Notes under the pieces: model-generated | Database searches by the model: none | What the model saw: the letters and a program-made list of their open reading frames with translations, nothing else | What the model was told of the DNA's origin: nothing | Position numbers and translations under genes: made by a program | Assembly (NCBI GenBank): GCA_045863395.1 | Contig: BTVJ01000011.1 | Coordinates: 94,503-158,502 of the forward strand | Origin: Myxococcales bacterium | GTDB taxonomy: Bacteria > Myxococcota_A > UBA9042 > JABWCM01 > BTVJ01 | DNA: 64,000 nucleotides | Direction: 5' to 3' | Shown here: positions 46,419 through 56,215 of the stretch, one piece after another | Layout: each line of letters opens with the position of its first letter | Numbering within the stretch: the stretch's first letter is position 1

Positions 46419-49400
46419 CTCCCCCTGACCTTGCGCGTGTCGTCGAGCCCGAGGAGGCCCCACGGGTTTCGGTCGAGCTGGAAGCCCACGATGACGGAGC
46501 GCCCTGGAACCGCGCTCGGGACCCGCCACTCCCACGTCAGCGCCTTCTCATCGTGGCGCTCCGCCGCCTGCAGCAGGTGGAACACCCCCCAGTCGACGTC
46601 CTGGCGGCTCGTGCCCCGGTAGACCTTGCTCCCCTCGGCGCCGAGCGCGAAGGCGGCCCCGACGGACGCCGCCCCGGCCTTCCACCACGACACCTTCAGC
46701 TCCGTCCAGTCGGGGCGCTGGTTCAGCCCGTAGACCCAGGCGTCTTCTACCTGCATGTGCGACATCACCGTGGCGTACTGGCTCTGCGTGTCGCCCGGCA
46801 GCGGCAGCGGGCGCGCCTTGAAGACCAGCGGCCGCGGCTTGCCCTTGGAGTCCCAGAAGCGGGACTTGAGCGGCTCTAGCCGGTTCAGCGTGGGGACGAT
46901 CTCCGACGGCAGCGCCAGGCGGCCGAGGCGCGACGACTTGAGCTCCCACGCCTCGCCGCGCTTGCGCAGCAGCGGGCCCATCATGGAGTCGATGGTCGTC
47001 CAGAACGAACCCTTCGGGTGAAGCGCCGCCTCGACCTCCTCGGCGGTCGCAGCGGTCTCGGCGACGGGCAGGAAGGGGAAGGCCATCTTCACGGGGCTCA
47101 CGAAGGTGTCGATGGCGTCGTCCCAGGCCTGCTCCACCTTGGCCTCCACCTCGCCGATGCCGATGCGGTACGCCAGCAGGGGAGGGCGGTCGAACGCAGC
47201 CTGCCACTCGCCGGGCACCTCGGAGGTCGAGAGCCACGCGTCGAGCTGGTTGAGGGCCGACGACTCCTCGTCGAGGTACATGGACAGCGCCATGCGCCCG
47301 AGGGGAGACAGGGCCGAGACGAGGCCCGGCTTCTCGTCCTTCTCGGGCGCCTTGGCGTCGGCGCCCAGCTCCTTGACCATCTTCGCGACGATGGCGAAGT
47401 ACTCGTCGAGCACCGGCGAGGACTCGCCGGGCTTCGGCACGATGGCGCGCACGAAGGCGAAGGCGTCCACCACCACCGCGTAGGGCTCCAGCAGCTCGTT
47501 GCTCTCGGCGACCACGATGTCCGAGCCCTTGGCGACCTCCTGGAGCATCCGGCGCAGCGGCGACTTGGGGCGCGTCAGCTCCGTGAGGACCAGCTTGAGC
47601 GACAGCGCCGAGTCGGCGGAGTACCCGAACGACGCATACAGCGTTGCCCAGGCGTCCCCGTACCCCTCGGCGTGCTCCTGCGCGGCCGCCTTCACCGCCG
47701 CCAGCACCGCGTCCCGGGTAGGTTCCGCCACGTTCAGGCCCGCGAGCACCTCCGGCAGCTTCTCCAGCACCGGCCGCACCCGCTCGTTGAAGGCCCTTGC
47801 CGTGTAGATCCCATCCACCACGCCTGCGCCGCCGAAGAAGCGCCCGCCCGCGTCGGCGAGGCGCACCGGCGGGTAGGTCGCGGCGCCGAAGAACATGGCC
47901 GCGCTCGACTCGCGCGGCGAATCCACGAAGCGCGTGAGCAGGCGCGTGAGCCGCGTGCGCTTGACGGCCGCGTCCCAGTCGGAGCGCTCGACGACCACCT
48001 CCGCGTCGCCCATCGCGAAGCGCAGCGTCCGCGGCTGGGCCGCGCCCTCTGCCCCGATGGCCTCCACGGCCTCGATGAGGCCGGCCAGCGTCGAGACGTC
48101 GCCGCGGACGGAGAGATCCGTGCTGCCGAGCATCTGCACGAGCGCCTCCACGTCCTCCCGGCTCGTGCGCGGCGCCTCCCGCGCCGCAGCGATCCATGCC
48201 TCTCCGTACCGCCTGCGGGTCGTGTCGTTGAGCAGGGAGGCGACGCGCGCGACGCGGTCCACGTCCCGCGCTGCGTCCAGATCGGCGAGCACCTCCAGGC
48301 CCCTGGTGCGAAGCTCGTCCACCCGGGTGCGCTCGATGAGCGGCGCGCCCATGGCGGTCACGACCTGGCGCGCCAGCTCCGCCGCGTCGTGCTCCCGGGG
48401 GTGGAGCTCCGGAGTGGAGAACCGCGCGGCAAAGGCTGCGTCGTCCATGGGCAGCTCGTAGCGGTCCGGGCGCCGGTTCAGCTCGATGGTGTCGGTGATG
48501 ACCTGCGGCGGGAGGCCCAGCACCGACGACCACTCCTCCACCTCGGCCAGGATGGTGCGCGCCGCCGTGTTGCCCGCGCCCGCGGTCAGCAGGTTGAGCA
48601 TGTAGAGCGCGGCCACGGGCTCGTCCGCGGTCATGCGCCGCAGCCGCGGCTCCAGGATCCCGCTTCGAATCTGAGCGAGCAGCCGCTCGTGGATCAGCCG
48701 CTCCCCAAGCTCCTCGTCGTCGTCGAAGAAGCTCGGCGTGAGCGGCCGCAGCGGGCTGCCCTTCAGCGCTGCGACGTCGTCGAGCAGCGTGGCGCGGGCG
48801 TCGGGGTTGCGGAAGTCGTCCACGTAGGCGTCCACCCGCTGCAGGCCTCGCTCCAGGGCAGACCGCTCGTGGGAGTAGGCGCCGTAGAGCCCGCCGCCGA
48901 TGACCAGCACGAGCGCCGCGGCCGCGGCGAGGTGCCGCCGCCAGGGCTGGAAGCGTCGCGCCTCCTCCCGCGTGATCGCGCACGCAAACGGGTTCCAGAT
49001 GGCAGACGCCCCCTCGTCCTTCGAGGTCAGGCCGATGGTCGTGATGGCCGGCGTCGCCGTCAGCGGGTGGTGCCCCTGGAGGGTGTCGATGAACACCGAG
49101 AGGGGCCGGAGCAGCTCGGGCAGCCCATCGACGAAGGACACCGCGCCCAGCCACGCCTGCGCCGACTGGTCGCGCAGGACGGCCGGCAGCCATGCGTGCA
49201 AGGGCGAAAAGGCGGAGACGAGGTCCGCAAGCTCGGGCATCTCGCCGGCCTCGAAGGCGAGTGGAAGCTCCCGGTCGTGGGCGACGGTCGCGAGCTCCGC
49301 AAAGCCCTCCACCTGGTCCATGAAGGTGAGCGCGATGGTCACCTTGACGGGGCGTCCCACGGCCTCGGCGAGGATGTCCACCTTGCCGCGGACCGCCTGG

Positions 49401-49924
49401 GCCTGCTTGACGAGCGCGTCAGGGACCGCCGAGCGGAGGGACGCGGCGCTCAGGGCGACGACGACGCGCGGGTCTTTATGCCGGCGCAGGGGGCGCCAGA
49501 GCGCCAGCAGGGCACGCCGGGCGCGGGGCGTCGCGTCCCCGAGCACGGCCGGCGAGAGCTCCTGCACCACGCCGCGCGCGGCCTGGTACACCTGGAGCAG
49601 CGGGTCGTCCGTGTAGCTCGGGTGGAAGAGCGCAGCCTGGCCGCGCCAGTCCGTTCGTCGGTCGATGAGGGTCGTCTTGCCCGCGCCGGCCTCGCCGAGC
49701 ACGACGAAGGGGCGGAACAGCGGGAGCACGCGCTGGTGCTCCCGCGGCATGCGCCGGATGAAGGTCCGCCAGGCGCGCCGAAGGTCGAGCGGAGGGAGAG
49801 CTGGCGCCGCCGGGCGGCGTCTCCGCCGGCGGACGAGCACCGCGACCACGATGATCACGATGAGCAACAGCACCGCCCCGGCGACGAACCAGGGCCAGTG
49901 CTCCGCCAGAAAGTCCATCCACAC
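46415..49924 (-). CDS. tssM: T6SS membrane complex protein TssM/IcmF
   Basis: N-terminal TM, Walker A GEAGAGKT, TFMDQVEGF, second TM, large periplasmic region with FPF, DWGVFHLL. Confidence 0.85.
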   Translation of the reverse strand: MWMDFLAEHWPWFVAGAVLLLIVIIVVAVLVRRRRRRPAAPALPPLDLRRAWRTFIRRMPREHQRVLPLFRPFVVLGEAGAGKTTLIDRRTDWRGQAALFHPSYTDDPLLQVYQAARGVVQELSPAVLGDATPRARRALLALWRPLRRHKDPRVVVALSAASLRSAVPDALVKQAQAVRGKVDILAEAVGRPVKVTIALTFMDQVEGFAELATVAHDRELPLAFEAGEMPELADLVSAFSPLHAWLPAVLRDQSAQAWLGAVSFVDGLPELLRPLSVFIDTLQGHHPLTATPAITTIGLTSKDEGASAIWNPFACAITREEARRFQPWRRHLAAAAALVLVIGGGLYGAYSHERSALERGLQRVDAYVDDFRNPDARATLLDDVAALKGSPLRPLTPSFFDDDEELGERLIHERLLAQIRSGILEPRLRRMTADEPVAALYMLNLLTAGAGNTAARTILAEVEEWSSVLGLPPQVITDTIELNRRPDRYELPMDDAAFAARFSTPELHPREHDAAELARQVVTAMGAPLIERTRVDELRTRGLEVLADLDAARDVDRVARVASLLNDTTRRRYGEAWIAAAREAPRTSREDVEALVQMLGSTDLSVRGDVSTLAGLIEAVEAIGAEGAAQPRTLRFAMGDAEVVVERSDWDAAVKRTRLTRLLTRFVDSPRESSAAMFFGAATYPPVRLADAGGRFFGGAGVVDGIYTARAFNERVRPVLEKLPEVLAGLNVAEPTRDAVLAAVKAAAQEHAEGYGDAWATLYASFGYSADSALSLKLVLTELTRPKSPLRRMLQEVAKGSDIVVAESNELLEPYAVVVDAFAFVRAIVPKPGESSPVLDEYFAIVAKMVKELGADAKAPEKDEKPGLVSALSPLGRMALSMYLDEESSALNQLDAWLSTSEVPGEWQAAFDRPPLLAYRIGIGEVEAKVEQAWDDAIDTFVSPVKMAFPFLPVAETAATAEEVEAALHPKGSFWTTIDSMMGPLLRKRGEAWELKSSRLGRLALPSEIVPTLNRLEPLKSRFWDSKGKPRPLVFKARPLPLPGDTQSQYATVMSHMQVEDAWVYGLNQRPDWTELKVSWWKAGAASVGAAFALGAEGSKVYRGTSRQDVDWGVFHLLQAAERHDEKALTWEWRVPSAVPGRSVIVGFQLDRNPWGLLGLDDTRKVRGR

Positions 49925-49957
49925 ACTCCGTCAGGCGGGCGCGATCACGCCCACTCT

Positions 49958-52558
49958 CTACGCGCTGGCGCCCGCCGCCTCCGGGGGCGCGTCTGCCGTC
50001 ACGTCGATGATCAGCTCGTCCTCCTCCGCGTCGACCAGGACCTCCGCGCCGTCGGGGATCTTCCCCGCGATCATCAGCTCCGCCAGGGGGTCCTGGAGCC
50101 GCTGCTGCAGCACGCGCTGCAAGGGGCGGGCGCCGTAGAGCGGGTTGTAGCCGAGGGCCGCGAGCCGCATCCGCCCCGCCTCCGTCACGTCGAGCGTGAT
50201 CCCGCGGTCCACGAGCAGCTTCGCGAGGCGCGAGAGCTGGATGTCGACGATGGGCTTCATGACCTCCAGCGTGAGCTGGCGGAAGATCAGCGTGTCGTCG
50301 AGCCGGTTCAGGAACTCCGGGCGGAAGCGGGCGCGCACGGCCTCCATGATCTTCGCGACCATGTCCCGGTGCTCCTCCTCGGTCTCCACCGGCCGGATGT
50401 GCTCCGCCCCAAGGTTCGAGGTCAGGAGCACGATGGTGTTGGCGAAGTTGACGGTGTTGCCCTGGGAGTCGGTCAGGCGCCCGTCGTCGAGGAGCTGCAG
50501 GAACAGGTTGAACACGTCGGGGTGGCCCTTCTCCACCTCGTCGAACAGCAGCACGCTGTAGGGCTTGCGCCGCACCTTGTTGGTGAGGACGCCGCCCTCC
50601 TCGTACCCGACGTAGCCCGGAGGCGCGCCGGTCAGCAGGGCCGCGGAGTGCTTCTCCATGTACTCGCTCATGTCGATGCGCACGAGCGCCCGCTCGTCGT
50701 CGAAGAGGAACTCCGCCAGAGCCTTGCCCAGCTCCGTCTTGCCGACGCCGGTCGGGCCGAGCATCAGGAAGGAGGCCAGCGGGCGGCTCGGGTTCTGCAC
50801 CCCCGCCCGCGCGCGGCGGACGGCCTTGGCGACCACCTCCAGGGCGTGCTCCTGGCCGCAGACGCGGCGGCGCAGGTGGTCTTCCAGGTGGAGCAGCTTC
50901 TCGCGCTCGGAGCCCACCATCTTCGTGACGGGGATGCCCGTCACCCGGCTGACCGTCGCCGCGATGTCCACCTCGTGGACCACGACGTCGAGCAGCGTCT
51001 CGTCGGTGATCTCCACGTCGCCGTACTCCTGGAGCGTCTTCTCCAGGACGGGGATCACCTTGTACTCGAGCTCCGCGACGCGGGCGAAGTCCTCGTCCCG
51101 GACGCGCTGCTCCTTCTCGCGCAGGGCCTCGTCCAGGTCCCGCCGCGCGGCCTGGACGATGGCGATGCCGTTGCGCTCCCGGTCCCACTGGGCCGTCAGC
51201 TCGGCGCTCTGGGCCTTGAGGCCGGCCAGCTCGTCTCCGACGGCGGCGAGGCGCTCGCGGGCCTTCGGCGCGGTCTCGTTCTGGAGCGCGCGGCTCTCGA
51301 TCTCCAGCCGCACGATCTGCTGGTCCAGCGCCTGGAGCGCGTCCGGCTTGGACGCGGCGGCAAGCCGGACGGCGGCGGAGGTCTGGTCGATCAGGTCGAA
51401 GGCCTTGTCGGGCAGGAACCGCTCGGTCAGGTACCGGCGAGACAGCTTCACCGCCGCGAGGATCGACTCGTCGGTGATGCGGACGCCGTGGTGCAGCTCG
51501 TACTTGTGCTTCATGCCGCGGAGCATGGACACCGTCTCCTCGACGGTGGGCTCGTCCAATGCGACCACCTGGAAGCGCCGGACCAGCGCTGGGTCCCGCT
51601 CGAAGCGCTTGCGGAACTCCTCGAGGGTCGTCGCGCCGAGGCACCGCAGCTCCCCGCGGGACAGCGCGGGCTTCAGCAGGTTGGCGGCGTCCACGGAGCC
51701 CTCGGAGCCGCCGGCGCCGATGATCATGTGGATCTCGTCGATGAACAGGATCACGTTGCCGGCGCGGGCGATCTCGTCGAGGAGCTGCTTGAGGCGCTCC
51801 TCGAACTCGCCGCGGAACTTGGCGCCGGCGATGAGCTGCCCGAGGTCCAGAGAGAGCAGGCGCATGCGGCGCAGGTCGTCGGGCACCTGGCCGTCGACGA
51901 TGCGCTGGGCGAGGGCCTCTGCGATGGCCGTCTTGCCGACGCCCGGCTCGCCGACCACGATGGGGTTGTTCTTGGTCCGCCGGCTCAGGATCTCGATGGC
52001 GAGCTTGATCTCCGCGTCCCGGCCGATGACCGGGTCCAGCTCGCCCCTCTCGGCGCGCTCGGTCAGGTCGCGGGTGTACTTCTCCAGGAACTCGAACTCG
52101 CCGGGCATGCCCGCGCCGTAGCCGGCCTTGGCGGGCTGCGCCAGGTGCCGCGACAGGGCGTCGCGTTTGCCGCCGCACTCCTGGAGCGCGGCGAGCAGCT
52201 CCGGGTCCTCCAGCGCGCCGAGCAGCAGGTGGTTGATGCCGATGGTCTTCGACGCGACCGCCGAGGCCGCCTCTTCCCCCATGACGATGATCTTCTCCAG
52301 GCTGCGGCTGATGGGCGTCTGCTCCTGACCGGCAGCGGCGCGGGGCTGGCCGAGGAGCTTCGCCTCCACGCGGGCCGTGAGCGCGCCCACGTCCACGGAG
52401 GCCGCCGCGAGCTGGTCTGCCAGCGGCTTGCCCTCCTGGTTCAGGATCGCCAGCAGGAGGTGCCATGGAGTCACGAGCTGATGTCCCTGCTTGACCGCGA
52501 TGCGGCTCGCCTGCTCGAGGGCGGACTGGGACTTGAGGTTGAGCTTGTCGATGATCAT
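49958..52558 (-). CDS. ClpB/ClpV-type AAA+ unfoldase associated with T6SS
   Basis: Clp_N, GEPGVGKT, IDEIH, coiled-coil M domain, GPTGVGKT, GAPPGYVGY, GARPL; first gene of the tssM operon. Confidence 0.92.
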   Translation of the reverse strand: MIIDKLNLKSQSALEQASRIAVKQGHQLVTPWHLLLAILNQEGKPLADQLAAASVDVGALTARVEAKLLGQPRAAAGQEQTPISRSLEKIIVMGEEAASAVASKTIGINHLLLGALEDPELLAALQECGGKRDALSRHLAQPAKAGYGAGMPGEFEFLEKYTRDLTERAERGELDPVIGRDAEIKLAIEILSRRTKNNPIVVGEPGVGKTAIAEALAQRIVDGQVPDDLRRMRLLSLDLGQLIAGAKFRGEFEERLKQLLDEIARAGNVILFIDEIHMIIGAGGSEGSVDAANLLKPALSRGELRCLGATTLEEFRKRFERDPALVRRFQVVALDEPTVEETVSMLRGMKHKYELHHGVRITDESILAAVKLSRRYLTERFLPDKAFDLIDQTSAAVRLAAASKPDALQALDQQIVRLEIESRALQNETAPKARERLAAVGDELAGLKAQSAELTAQWDRERNGIAIVQAARRDLDEALREKEQRVRDEDFARVAELEYKVIPVLEKTLQEYGDVEITDETLLDVVVHEVDIAATVSRVTGIPVTKMVGSEREKLLHLEDHLRRRVCGQEHALEVVAKAVRRARAGVQNPSRPLASFLMLGPTGVGKTELGKALAEFLFDDERALVRIDMSEYMEKHSAALLTGAPPGYVGYEEGGVLTNKVRRKPYSVLLFDEVEKGHPDVFNLFLQLLDDGRLTDSQGNTVNFANTIVLLTSNLGAEHIRPVETEEEHRDMVAKIMEAVRARFRPEFLNRLDDTLIFRQLTLEVMKPIVDIQLSRLAKLLVDRGITLDVTEAGRMRLAALGYNPLYGARPLQRVLQQRLQDPLAELMIAGKIPDGAEVLVDAEEDELIIDVTADAPPEAAGASA

Positions 52559-52640
52559 GTTCCGGGTCCTTCAAGCCGCGCGGCGGTTCGCTCGCCGTGG
52601 GTTGCGTCGCGTTTGGAAAAGTGGTGGCCGACGCCGCACC

Positions 52641-52668
52641 ACCGTACGTCCGAAGGCCTTTCTGTCAA
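52641..52668 (-). promoter_or_regulatory. Sigma70 promoter of the clpB-tssM operon
   Basis: Minus strand TTGACA-16 bp-TACGGT. Confidence 0.6.
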
Positions 52669-52720
52669 GTTTGTGGAGCGGTGCGTGGCGCCGTGGCGGG
52701 GGCCGCGCGGCGTGGCCCGA

Positions 52721-53935
52721 TCAGTCCAGCGCGGCGACCAGCAGGGTGACGTCGTCGAAGGGCGGCGAGCCCGCCCGGAAGCCCTCGACCTGGTCGACGA
52801 TCAGGCCCGCGAGGCTCTCTGCCCCTTCGTGGCGCCCCTGGCATACGAGCTCCCCGAGGCGCTCCCGCGTGAACCGCTGCCCCTGCGGATTCGTGGCGTC
52901 CGTGACCCCGTCGGTGAACAGGAGGAGCCTGTCCCCGGGTCGCAGGGACACCGTGCGCTCCTCCGCCCGCAGGTCGGGGAGCATCCCGAGGAAGCGCCCG
53001 TCGCCCGGGAGGGGCTCGGCGGACCCGTCCGCGTGCTGCAAGAGCGGCAGGTCGTGGCCGGCCCGCACGTAGGTCAGGGTGCGGGCCGCCAGGTCCGCGA
53101 CGCCGTAGAAGGCGGTGACGAAGAGGTCCTGGGACGCGGCCTCCAGCAGCAGGTCGTTGACCGCTCGGCAGACCGCGAGGGGTGACGCGCTTCGACGCGC
53201 CTCGGTGAGGAACAGGGTGCGCGCGACGCCCATGAACAGCGCGGCGGGGACCCCCTTGTCGGACACGTCGGCGATCAGGAGGCCAGCCCGACCGCCGCCG
53301 AGCGAGTAGACGTCGTAGAAGTCGCCTCCCATCTCACGCGCCGGAAGCGCTCGCCCCGCGAAGGTCCACCCAGGGAAGCAGGGGAGCGCCGACGGCAGGA
53401 TCGACCGCTGGATCTGGGCCGCGATCTCCAGGTCCCGTCGCGTGCGCTCCGCCGCCACGAGCTGCGCCTGGGCCTGCTCCAGCCGCAGGTTGGAGAGCTC
53501 CAGCTCCCGGTTGGCGTCCTGGAGCTCCTGGATCTGGGTCTGGAGCAGCGAGCGTCGGTCCGCCTGGGCCTGCCGCAGCAGCGTCAGGGCGAGGGTCGGG
53601 CTGCTGTGCATCAGCTCCGAGAAGGCCGTCTTGGTGATCTCGATGACGGAGACGTCGCCCACCGTTCGCACGGTGGCGAGGCGGGGCGCGTCGTCGAGCA
53701 ACGAGAGCTCGCCGAAGAGCTCTCCCGCGCCCCGGACCATGAGCAGGCGCTCGTCGCCGGTGGGGCCGCGCTTCGTGAGGCCCACGAGCCCCTCGCGGAC
53801 CACGGAGATCGTGTGGTCCACCTCGCCCTCGCGGCACAGCACGGTGTCGGGCGGGTACGTCCTCACGCGGGCCATGCCCCGGAGGGCGTCGAGGTCCGCG
53901 GGCGCCAGCCGCTCGAAGGCCGCGCGAAGCACCAT
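52721..53935 (-). CDS. cNMP-binding domain + SpoIIE/RsbU PP2C phosphatase
   Basis: FGELSLL..PRLATV, coiled coil, GGDFYD, ADVSDKGVPAA, FTDGV, DDVT. Confidence 0.92.
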   Translation of the reverse strand: MVLRAAFERLAPADLDALRGMARVRTYPPDTVLCREGEVDHTISVVREGLVGLTKRGPTGDERLLMVRGAGELFGELSLLDDAPRLATVRTVGDVSVIEITKTAFSELMHSSPTLALTLLRQAQADRRSLLQTQIQELQDANRELELSNLRLEQAQAQLVAAERTRRDLEIAAQIQRSILPSALPCFPGWTFAGRALPAREMGGDFYDVYSLGGGRAGLLIADVSDKGVPAALFMGVARTLFLTEARRSASPLAVCRAVNDLLLEAASQDLFVTAFYGVADLAARTLTYVRAGHDLPLLQHADGSAEPLPGDGRFLGMLPDLRAEERTVSLRPGDRLLLFTDGVTDATNPQGQRFTRERLGELVCQGRHEGAESLAGLIVDQVEGFRAGSPPFDDVTLLVAALD

Positions 53936-54015
53936 GGTCGTGCCCTCGGCGCGCCCGACCGCCGACGCCCCGCGGCGCGGTCGTCCGGACGGGTCGCGGC
54001 GCATGGGGCCGTCGG

Positions 54016-55344
54016 TCACCCCGGCGCCCACACGAGCTGAACGTAGTACCAGATCAGGGCGGCGGCGATGCCTCCCAGCGTGATGACGCCGAGCCATGCC
54101 CCGACGCGGCTCTTGGTTGCGGCCTCCTCCTCCGTGTCCATGTCGGCCGGGGGCTCGACGTCGGCGGGCACGTCCAGGGCTGCTGGTGGGGAGGCCGCGG
54201 GAGACGGTCTCGGGGGAGCGGCGGCGTCCTCTCTCGGTGTGGGCGGCGTCGCGGGCGTCGCCGAGAGCGGCGGCTGGGGCGGAGGTGTGGGGGACGGTGG
54301 AGCGTCGGCGACCTCCACCTCGGCGATCTCCACTGGCGCGGCGAGGCTGTTGTTGGCCTCGAGGAACGCGTGGTACGCCTCGCGCTCCTCGGTCTGCAGG
54401 CGGAACTGCTCCCGGATGTCGTCACCGAACAGGTCCTGGACCAGCTCGCCCAGGGTCCCCTCTGGAGACGCCGGCTCCAGGGCAGCACAGAACCGGTCGA
54501 GCTCGTGCTGGAGCTCCCCCGCGCTGGACGTGCGGCGCTCCAGGTCTCGCTCCAGGAGCCGCGACAGGATGCGGTCGAGCTCCTCCGGCACGGCTGGGTT
54601 GACCTCGCGCAGCGACGGGATGTCCCCCTTGAGGACCGCCTTGAGCGTGTCGTACTCATTGTCGGCAGCAAACAAGCGCCTTCCGGCGAGCAGCTCCCAC
54701 AGCACGATGCCCAGGGAGAAGAGATCGGCGCGCCCGTCGATGGCCTGGCCCCCGACCTGCTCCGGCGAGGCATACTCGCACTTGCCCCGGACCAGACCGG
54801 CCTGGGTCTGCGTCAGCCGCTGCTTTGCCCGCGCGATGCCGAAGTCGGTCAGCTTCACCTCGCCGGTCCACTCGACGAGGATGTTGGTCGGGCTCACGTC
54901 CCGGTGGACCAGATTGAGCGCCTGGTCCCTGTGGCGCCGTGTGTGGATGTGGTGCAGCGCGCCCGCCACCCCCGACGCGATGCGCGCGCACTGGGCCGGC
55001 GTCAGGGGGCGGCCCGCTGCCGCCGCGCGCTCCGCGACCGCTCCCAGGTGGACGCCGTCCACCAGCTCCATGGCGATGAAGCAGGACGCCCCGACCACGC
55101 CCACCTCGAAGACCCGCACGATGTTCTTGTGGGTCAGCTTCGTCGCAGCCGTCGCCTCGGATGCGAAGACCTCGACGAACGAGATGTCCTCGGCGAACCG
55201 GGGCAGGAGCCGCTTCACGGCCACGTCCCGGTCCAGCCCCTTGGCGGCGGCGACCTTCGCGCGGAAGGTCTCGGCCACGTCGCCGGTGCCGATGAGGCGC
55301 AGCAGGACGAAGTTTCCGTAGCGTTGGAGCAGGGGAGCGCCCAT
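54016..55344 (-). CDS. Membrane-anchored Ser/Thr protein kinase
   Basis: VAVKR, HRDVSPTN, DFG, SPEQ, DLFSLG; Pro linker; C-terminal TM. Confidence 0.92.
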   Translation of the reverse strand: MGAPLLQRYGNFVLLRLIGTGDVAETFRAKVAAAKGLDRDVAVKRLLPRFAEDISFVEVFASEATAATKLTHKNIVRVFEVGVVGASCFIAMELVDGVHLGAVAERAAAAGRPLTPAQCARIASGVAGALHHIHTRRHRDQALNLVHRDVSPTNILVEWTGEVKLTDFGIARAKQRLTQTQAGLVRGKCEYASPEQVGGQAIDGRADLFSLGIVLWELLAGRRLFAADNEYDTLKAVLKGDIPSLREVNPAVPEELDRILSRLLERDLERRTSSAGELQHELDRFCAALEPASPEGTLGELVQDLFGDDIREQFRLQTEEREAYHAFLEANNSLAAPVEIAEVEVADAPPSPTPPPQPPLSATPATPPTPREDAAAPPRPSPAASPPAALDVPADVEPPADMDTEEEAATKSRVGAWLGVITLGGIAAALIWYYVQLVWAPG

Positions 55345-55590
55345 TCGCCTCAATCCGTCGCGCCTTGATGTGGCGCCTGTGCCGCGCGTCTGCCCGTCGT
55401 GGGGAGGGCAGGCCGGGCTGTGCTTGGTTCTCTATTCGTTTTGGCTAGTTACAGAACCACACCGATGGTGGCACGACAGCGCGACCGACGTCAAGGGGGA
55501 GTGCAGAGGGGGACGCTGGTTGCCCGCGCACATCCGGACGGGGTCGTGCGGAGCACGCGGCGGCGCAAGGTCCCCTGGGGCAGGGTGGCC

Positions 55591-56022
55591 TCAGCCCTTG
55601 AGCCGCGCCGCGCCCAGGTCGCTGATCGCCTTGCGGACGGCCGGGTACTTGCGGAGGAGCAGGCTCAGGTCGTCCACGTGGACCGCGGCCAGCCTCACGG
55701 GGGAGGCCGCGACGACGGTCGCTGTCCGCTTGTGGATGCGCCACCCGGGCGGGAGGAAGTGGTCGCCCTCGAAGAGCGAGGCCTCGCCGAAGATGGCCCC
55801 GGCCTCCAGGGACGCGATGTGGCTCCCTGGGACCTGGACCTGAACCGCGCCCGTGAGGAGGAAGTAGATCTCATCCGGGTCGTCCCCCGCCCGGATGATC
55901 GTCTCCGCCACGGCGTGCTCCCGCACCTTCACCCGCGCTGCCAGCTCCTCGATCCCCGAGGAATCAACGCCTTGGAGCCCCGGGTGCGCGCCGAGCTCCT
56001 CTGCAATGGTCTGTGTGCTCAT
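55591..56022 (-). CDS. Stand-alone cyclic nucleotide-binding domain protein
   Basis: IIRAGD, YFLLTGAVQV, FGEASL...RTATV; RBS GAGGTG. Confidence 0.88.
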   Translation of the reverse strand: MSTQTIAEELGAHPGLQGVDSSGIEELAARVKVREHAVAETIIRAGDDPDEIYFLLTGAVQVQVPGSHIASLEAGAIFGEASLFEGDHFLPPGWRIHKRTATVVAASPVRLAAVHVDDLSLLLRKYPAVRKAISDLGAARLKG

Positions 56023-56138
56023 GGTCTCATCACCTCAAGGTTGTACCGTTCTGGTCGAGGTCGCCGGGCCCCCCCGAACGCTGCCCCGATGGGTGCGGGT
56101 GCCGGCGGGCTTCATCGCGTTGACGGGCGAGCGCGCCC

Positions 56139-56167
56139 ACGATGATGGCTGTCGCTCTGCCTGTCAA
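56139..56167 (-). promoter_or_regulatory. Possible sigma70 promoter of the cNMP gene
   Basis: TTGACA-17 bp-CATCGT. Confidence 0.4.
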
Positions 56168-56215
56168 GGTGGGCAGCGCGCCGTGTGGCCCGGGCCGTCA
56201 AGCGCGGGCCGTCGC

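Noticed and set aside
47018..53185. 2055-aa plus-strand ORF and similar long ORFs (e.g. 58395-60752, 46548-49193)
   Set aside because: Antisense or off-frame shadows of tssM/clpB/maeB caused by high GC; no recognisable motifs.
55469..55483. TGGCAC sigma54-like site on the plus strand
   Set aside because: Poor -12 element (CGCG) and no plus-strand gene downstream.
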